20,000 nt of DNA, from the IMG/VR virus record IMGVR_UViG_3300042867_000160. The stretch is one strand, 5' to 3'. The translations under genes and the position numbers were made by a program. A model generated the notes under the pieces. The model saw only the letters and a list, made by a program, of their open reading frames with translations, ran no database searches and was not told the origin of the DNA. Below are positions 16,021 through 20,000 of the stretch, piece after piece (the stretch's first letter is position 1; the number at the start of each line of letters is the position of its first letter). Source of the stretch: an uncultured virus (IMG/VR IMGVR_UViG_3300042867_000160). Its lineage: Duplodnaviria; Heunggongvirae; Uroviricota; Caudoviricetes.

Positions 16021-16282
16021 CACTAAGTGTTAGTTATAATTATACGAAAGGGTATAATATTGCACTTTTTCCCATAATGTTACCTGTAGTTTACATTTAT
16101 GCATGAAATTGTCAATTATAATGCACATTATCATGTAAAATTTTCCACTATAATTCGAATTATTGTCGAATTGTGTAACATAATTTAACAACTTTTGTTA
16201 CAAAACTAGGCGCAATTCGAAAATAATAGGCGCATATTGAGAAAATTCCTAAAAATGTTAGTAATGTTATTGTTTTAGGAAT
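16018..16282. repeat. Cluster of short inverted and direct repeats
   Basis: Inverted repeats at 16018-16032, 16039-16058, 16100-16137, 16118-16131, 16150-16163, 16174-16202 and 16245-16282; direct repeat TAGGCGCA at 16207 and 16227. Confidence 0.75.
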
Positions 16283-16323
16283 AGTATTTGTATATTTACG
16301 AAACTTTTAAACAAAAATATATC

Positions 16324-16521
16324 ATGGGTAACTTTGTAAAATTAACAACAAAAAATGAAGATGGATCTTACACAAGAACGTGGATAGAGCAAGCTTCAAT
16401 TAAAGAATTATCTCAGAACGGAGCATCACAAGCTGGAGATAATGCAGGTACTGCTGTACTTGTAGATGAAAAAATCATTGATTTATGTGCATTCAATGAA
16501 ACTCTTGAGACTTTGAAGTAA
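16324..16521 (+). CDS. Small hypothetical protein (65 aa, MGNFVKLTTK...)
   Basis: ATG after an AACTTTTAAACAAAAAT leader; followed by a terminator. Confidence 0.7.
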   Translation: MGNFVKLTTKNEDGSYTRTWIEQASIKELSQNGASQAGDNAGTAVLVDEKIIDLCAFNETLETLK

Positions 16522-16544
16522 TTCTAAGTTAAAGATTTTAGTGC

Positions 16545-16576
16545 AAAGCCTCTTGGAGAAATCTAAGGGGCTTTTT
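16545..16576 (+). terminator. Intrinsic terminator
   Basis: AAAGCCTCTTGGA-GAAA-TCTAAGGGGCTTTTT, GNRA loop plus U-tract. Confidence 0.8.
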
Positions 16577-16600
16577 GCATTGTAAATAATTTTGTTTACA

Positions 16601-16642
16601 TATTATAATTTTAACACAACACGTTATTATAATTTTCACACA
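16601..16642 (+). repeat. 18-nt imperfect direct repeat TATTATAATTTT(A/C)ACACA
   Basis: Copies at 16601-16618 and 16625-16642, 17/18 identical. Confidence 0.75.
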
Positions 16643-16660
16643 TTTTAAATCACAAAAAAC

Positions 16661-17212
16661 ATGGGAGCAGACGCTTTTATCACAAGACAAAGAGGAATGA
16701 GTGCTAGCGAAGCGTACACACATGCTGTACAAGAAGCAGAATCAGAGCATGGTAGAGATGCTTACAATGGTACAATCAGTACAACATCTAGTTTTAAAGA
16801 TGTAACTGTTACCTTTCATAAAAGTAATAAAGAAAGAAGACAGTTCATTGATAACATGTTACATAACGCAGGTAAGCGTGATTGTTATGTTATTGAAGAA
16901 CAAGCGCCTGTTAAGAACATTAACAAGATTAAATCTATTGTTGAACACACAGTTGTTAAAGGCACCAGTAAATGGGAACTTCGTTACAATGTGTACACAG
17001 GATGGGAAGACAAACAGTTGAAGTCATTCAAAACTAAGACTGATGCTGTTAAATATGCTCGTGAGTATACAGAGAAATCACAGAACACTACGTTTGTACG
17101 TATGGAGAAGATTCTTATTAATCAAGATGCTAATGTAGCTTGTATTAAATACAAGAGCTCTACACAAGAAAGAGAAGGGACGTATATATTCTTTGGCATG
17201 GCCGCTTGTTAA
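16661..17212 (+). CDS. Phage hypothetical protein
   Basis: 183 aa; MGAxxF...AYxxAxxEA...GxxxYNGTI...YIFFGMA, a pattern I recall from uncharacterised phage proteins. Confidence 0.8.
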   Translation: MGADAFITRQRGMSASEAYTHAVQEAESEHGRDAYNGTISTTSSFKDVTVTFHKSNKERRQFIDNMLHNAGKRDCYVIEEQAPVKNINKIKSIVEHTVVKGTSKWELRYNVYTGWEDKQLKSFKTKTDAVKYAREYTEKSQNTTFVRMEKILINQDANVACIKYKSSTQEREGTYIFFGMAAC

Positions 17213-17213
17213 T

Positions 17214-17438
17214 ATGGAAAAGAAACAAACAGCAGTAGACATTCTATTTCAAGAAATAAAGGAAAGTAAATCATTCCTGCCTGATAACTTGTTTGACTAT
17301 CTAGAGATGGTATACAATAAAGCTAAAGAAATAGAAAAAGAGCAGATAAAGAAAGCATATCAAGGAAATTGGTCTGAAATTTTAAGTGATGAGTCAGAAG
17401 AATATTACAACGAAACTTATGGCAAAGACAATGGATAA
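17214..17438 (+). CDS. Hypothetical protein (74 aa, KQTAV-type)
   Basis: Start reassigned to ATG 17214; KQTAV...AKEIEKEQI...EEYYNETY. Confidence 0.75.
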   Translation: MEKKQTAVDILFQEIKESKSFLPDNLFDYLEMVYNKAKEIEKEQIKKAYQGNWSEILSDESEEYYNETYGKDNG

Positions 17439-17775
17439 AGAATTTGTAACATACGAGCAAGCATTAGCCTTAAAGGAATTAGGGTTTGAATATGAGAAGT
17501 TTTATAATTATACTTCACCAATGACTAATCTTGCTCCACTTAAACAACAAGTATTTAGGTGGTTTAGGGAGAATTATGGGTTATATCAACAAATTGAAGT
17601 ATATAGAATTAGTGAGTTTAAAGATGATGAATTATTCTTTGATTTTAAAATCATTGACAATTCAGACGATACTGATTTTCAATATAATAATGACTTATAT
17701 TCTACCTACGAAGAAGCAGAGAATGCAGCAATAGACAAACTTATAGAACTAGCTAAACAACAAGACAATGGCTGA
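17431..17775 (+). CDS. Hypothetical protein (114 aa, KEFVxYEQALALKELGF-type)
   Basis: Start reassigned to ATG 17431; APLKQQVFRWFRE...TYEEAE, a pattern I recall from Bacteroidota phages. Confidence 0.75.
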   Translation: MDKEFVTYEQALALKELGFEYEKFYNYTSPMTNLAPLKQQVFRWFRENYGLYQQIEVYRISEFKDDELFFDFKIIDNSDDTDFQYNNDLYSTYEEAENAAIDKLIELAKQQDNG

Positions 17776-17896
17776 AGATGAATTATATAGTGCTATAGAA
17801 GCAGCTATTATACGTTGGAATCTTGATGGCACTAAAACATCAGGTGAATTAACAAGAGAGATTATGTTATTAATTAAACAACAAAGCAATGGCTGA
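17768..17896 (+). CDS. Small hypothetical protein (42 aa)
   Basis: Not in track; MAEDELYSAIEAAIIRWNLDGTKTSGELTREIMLLIKQQSNG with 8-nt overlaps at both ends. Confidence 0.65.
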   Translation: MAEDELYSAIEAAIIRWNLDGTKTSGELTREIMLLIKQQSNG

Positions 17897-18101
17897 TATA
17901 CAAATGTGTATGGATATGCAATGTCCTATGAAGTTTAAGTGCTACAGACATACAGCACCGTTTAATCAGTTTAGACAAGTTGTCTTTTCTGAATCACCTC
18001 GTAAAGAAGGAACCTTTTATTGTGATCAATATTGGGATAATGAAGGACGTACCTTAGACCCAAAGTTTAGAGAATACGAACGTTATAACGATAAATCATG
18101 A
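17889..18101 (+). CDS. Small Cys-rich protein
   Basis: DIxMC-x4-CP-x4-CYR...C pattern, probable metal binding. Confidence 0.7.
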   Translation: MADIQMCMDMQCPMKFKCYRHTAPFNQFRQVVFSESPRKEGTFYCDQYWDNEGRTLDPKFREYERYNDKS

Positions 18102-18376
18102 TACATATCGAGGATTATGAGAGAGAATTTCTCAAGGATTTAGTATATTTGCAAGAAGAGAAGGAACTATTTTATCGCTCACTAAATGACCCTGGTAAAG
18201 CTCAGATTGAAGCTTTTATGAGCGATAAATTTGATATAAAAGTGTTAGAATCTTTACAAGAGAGAGCTAAGATTAATGTATGTATTCCTGAAAGTTTAAT
18301 TCACAAAATAGATCTTAGAATAATTAGAAATTATGAACGTAAAATTGACACTTTATCATTTCAAAGAACTTCTTAA
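18098..18376 (+). CDS. Hypothetical protein
   Basis: 92 aa, ATGA overlap. Confidence 0.65.
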   Translation: MIHIEDYEREFLKDLVYLQEEKELFYRSLNDPGKAQIEAFMSDKFDIKVLESLQERAKINVCIPESLIHKIDLRIIRNYERKIDTLSFQRTS

Positions 18377-18959
18377 ATCTGGATTCACCCTTGACATGGT
18401 CTTTCTCCTCAAATTAGTGGAGGAAGGCCATGATATCAAAGATATGTGTCAAGGTGATGCTAAGATGGAAATCATATGTCAAGGCGTATATCGTAAAGGA
18501 CTAGTATCTGGAGAGAACAAATTAACCCTAACAGGTAAGAATGTATTGAAGTTTCTTAAAGAGAATGCGCCTGATGATAAGATTATCAAGAAGAAACCAG
18601 CATCTGAAGATTTTGAGAGATGGTGGAAAGCATTTCCAGGCACTGATACATTCAAACATGCAGGTAAAACATTTGCAGGTACTAGAGCATTACGTAGAGA
18701 TGTAGAAAACTGTAAGCTTAAATTTAATGCTATTTTATCAGAAGGAGAATATACAGCTGATGATCTAATAGCAGCATTGGAGTTTGATATCTTACAGAAG
18801 AAAGAAAACTCTGTAAAGAATAATGATAACAAGCTTAAATACATGCAGAACAGTTTGACATATCTCACACAACGTAGCTTTGAACCATTCATTGAGCTGG
18901 TTAGAGAGGGAATAATAATTAAAGAATCAACTAAACCAGTAGGAGGGACAGATATATGA
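18333..18959 (+). CDS. Putative replication initiator / helicase-associated protein
   Basis: wHTH-like N-half, FERWWKAFP motif and YMQNSLTYL segment like phage replisome-organiser C-domains; ATGA-coupled to the helicase. Confidence 0.55.
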   Translation: MNVKLTLYHFKELLKSGFTLDMVFLLKLVEEGHDIKDMCQGDAKMEIICQGVYRKGLVSGENKLTLTGKNVLKFLKENAPDDKIIKKKPASEDFERWWKAFPGTDTFKHAGKTFAGTRALRRDVENCKLKFNAILSEGEYTADDLIAALEFDILQKKENSVKNNDNKLKYMQNSLTYLTQRSFEPFIELVREGIIIKESTKPVGGTDI

Positions 18960-20000
18960 GTTTTCAAGATTTGGCAAAAGAAGTTCAGAATGGACTTGAT
19001 GGTAGGAATAACGGTATTCCTATGGGATTTGATAGATTGAACAGATACATTGGTATCCGTAAGTCTATGTACACATTGGTGGGTGGCTTAACTGGTTCAG
19101 GTAAGACATCATTTATTGATGATGCGTATGTGCTCAATCCATTTGATTGGTATATATCTAAAGCTAATAATACAGACATTAAGCTGAAGATTATATATAG
19201 ATCTATGGAACGTAGTAGGACATATAAGTTTGCAAAGTGGGTTTCTAGAAAGATCTTTATAGATCATGGTATGATTATACCTGTGCCTAAGCTATTGGGC
19301 TGGACATCTAAGATGACTCATGATGAGCATGATCTTTTCTTAACATATGAAGATTATATTGGTAATATGAAAGAAGTGATTACAATCATTGACGGACCAG
19401 AGAACCCAGTGGGTATAGCAAAACAATTGAAAGAGCATGCTGAAGAGAATGGTGTGATACATGAGGTGGATAAATACAATAGAGTGTATGAACCTAATTA
19501 TGATAACACAATCACTATGGTGATTATCGATCACATTGGTTTGTTAAAAACTACCAAAGATTATAATACAAAGAAAGCGTCTATTGATAAAATGTCAGAT
19601 GAGCTTAGATATGCTCGTGACTTCTTTGGATATACGCCTGTTGTTGTCAGTCAGTTTAATCGTGACATCTCTAGTCCAATGAGGATTAAGAATGGTGATG
19701 TAGAACCACAGCTAGAAGACTTTGCTGATAGTTCATCAACACAGAACGACGCTGATGTTGTAGTGGCTTTATTTGATCCTATGCGTTACAAGGTTGAGGA
19801 CCCTAGTGGTTATCAACTAGATAAGCTTAAAGATGAATACGGTGCTAAGTATTTCAGGAGCCTAAGACTAATCAAAAATAGTTATGGTGAAGATGATGTA
19901 AGAATTGGTCTAGGTTTCTTAGGTCAAATTGGTATGTTCAAGGAACTACCTCGACTTAAAGAAATGACAGAGTCTGATTATCAATCAATAGTAAATAAAA
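18956..20000 (+). CDS. DnaB-like (SF4) replicative helicase (runs off the window end)
   Basis: Not in track; MSFQDLAKEV...GIPMGFDRLN, Walker A GGLTGSGKT, SME, Walker B VIIDHIGLL, VVSQFNR, DSSSTQNDADVV, IKNSYG. Confidence 0.92.
   Translation, partial: MSFQDLAKEVQNGLDGRNNGIPMGFDRLNRYIGIRKSMYTLVGGLTGSGKTSFIDDAYVLNPFDWYISKANNTDIKLKIIYRSMERSRTYKFAKWVSRKIFIDHGMIIPVPKLLGWTSKMTHDEHDLFLTYEDYIGNMKEVITIIDGPENPVGIAKQLKEHAEENGVIHEVDKYNRVYEPNYDNTITMVIIDHIGLLKTTKDYNTKKASIDKMSDELRYARDFFGYTPVVVSQFNRDISSPMRIKNGDVEPQLEDFADSSSTQNDADVVVALFDPMRYKVEDPSGYQLDKLKDEYGAKYFRSLRLIKNSYGEDDVRIGLGFLGQIGMFKELPRLKEMTESDYQSIVNK

Noticed and set aside
16268..16298. Bacteroidota promoter upstream of the 65-aa ORF
   Set aside because: The best -7 box is TATATTTA (mismatch) with only a partial -33; plausible but not supportable.
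1..20000. Stop-codon reassignment (TAG or TGA), known in some crAss-like phages
   Set aside because: TerL, portal, PolB and helicase read through under code 11, and TAG and TGA both end genes at tight junctions.

Overview
A roughly 33% GC (estimated by eye) segment of a tailed phage genome, most likely crAss-like (Crassvirales-related) and infecting a Bacteroidota host. The host inference rests on A-rich leaders without Shine-Dalgarno sequences and a TTTG-N19-TAnnTTTG promoter. The left arm (- strand, 1-5145) is a packaging operon: wHTH protein, HU/IHF-like protein, Cys-rich Zn protein, small ORFs, terminase large subunit and a portal gene cut by the window edge. A non-coding divergence region (5146-5605) follows. 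The + strand then carries a putative early region (5606-8750) of tiny ORFs separated by strongly base-paired spacers, a six-repeat C4 zinc-finger protein, a methyltransferase-like ORF, a family B DNA polymerase, many small ORFs, a replication-initiator-like ORF and a DnaB-like helicase (truncated). The most unusual signals are non-coding: a twister-ribozyme-like RNA with a long P5 insertion (7115-7297), further structured spacers, a repeated TGCCTT(T)GTC+hairpin element ahead of the first two early units, a repeated translation-leader motif with an antisense copy, and a dense palindrome array (16018-16282). All calls are from reading the sequence; no database searches or folding programs were run.
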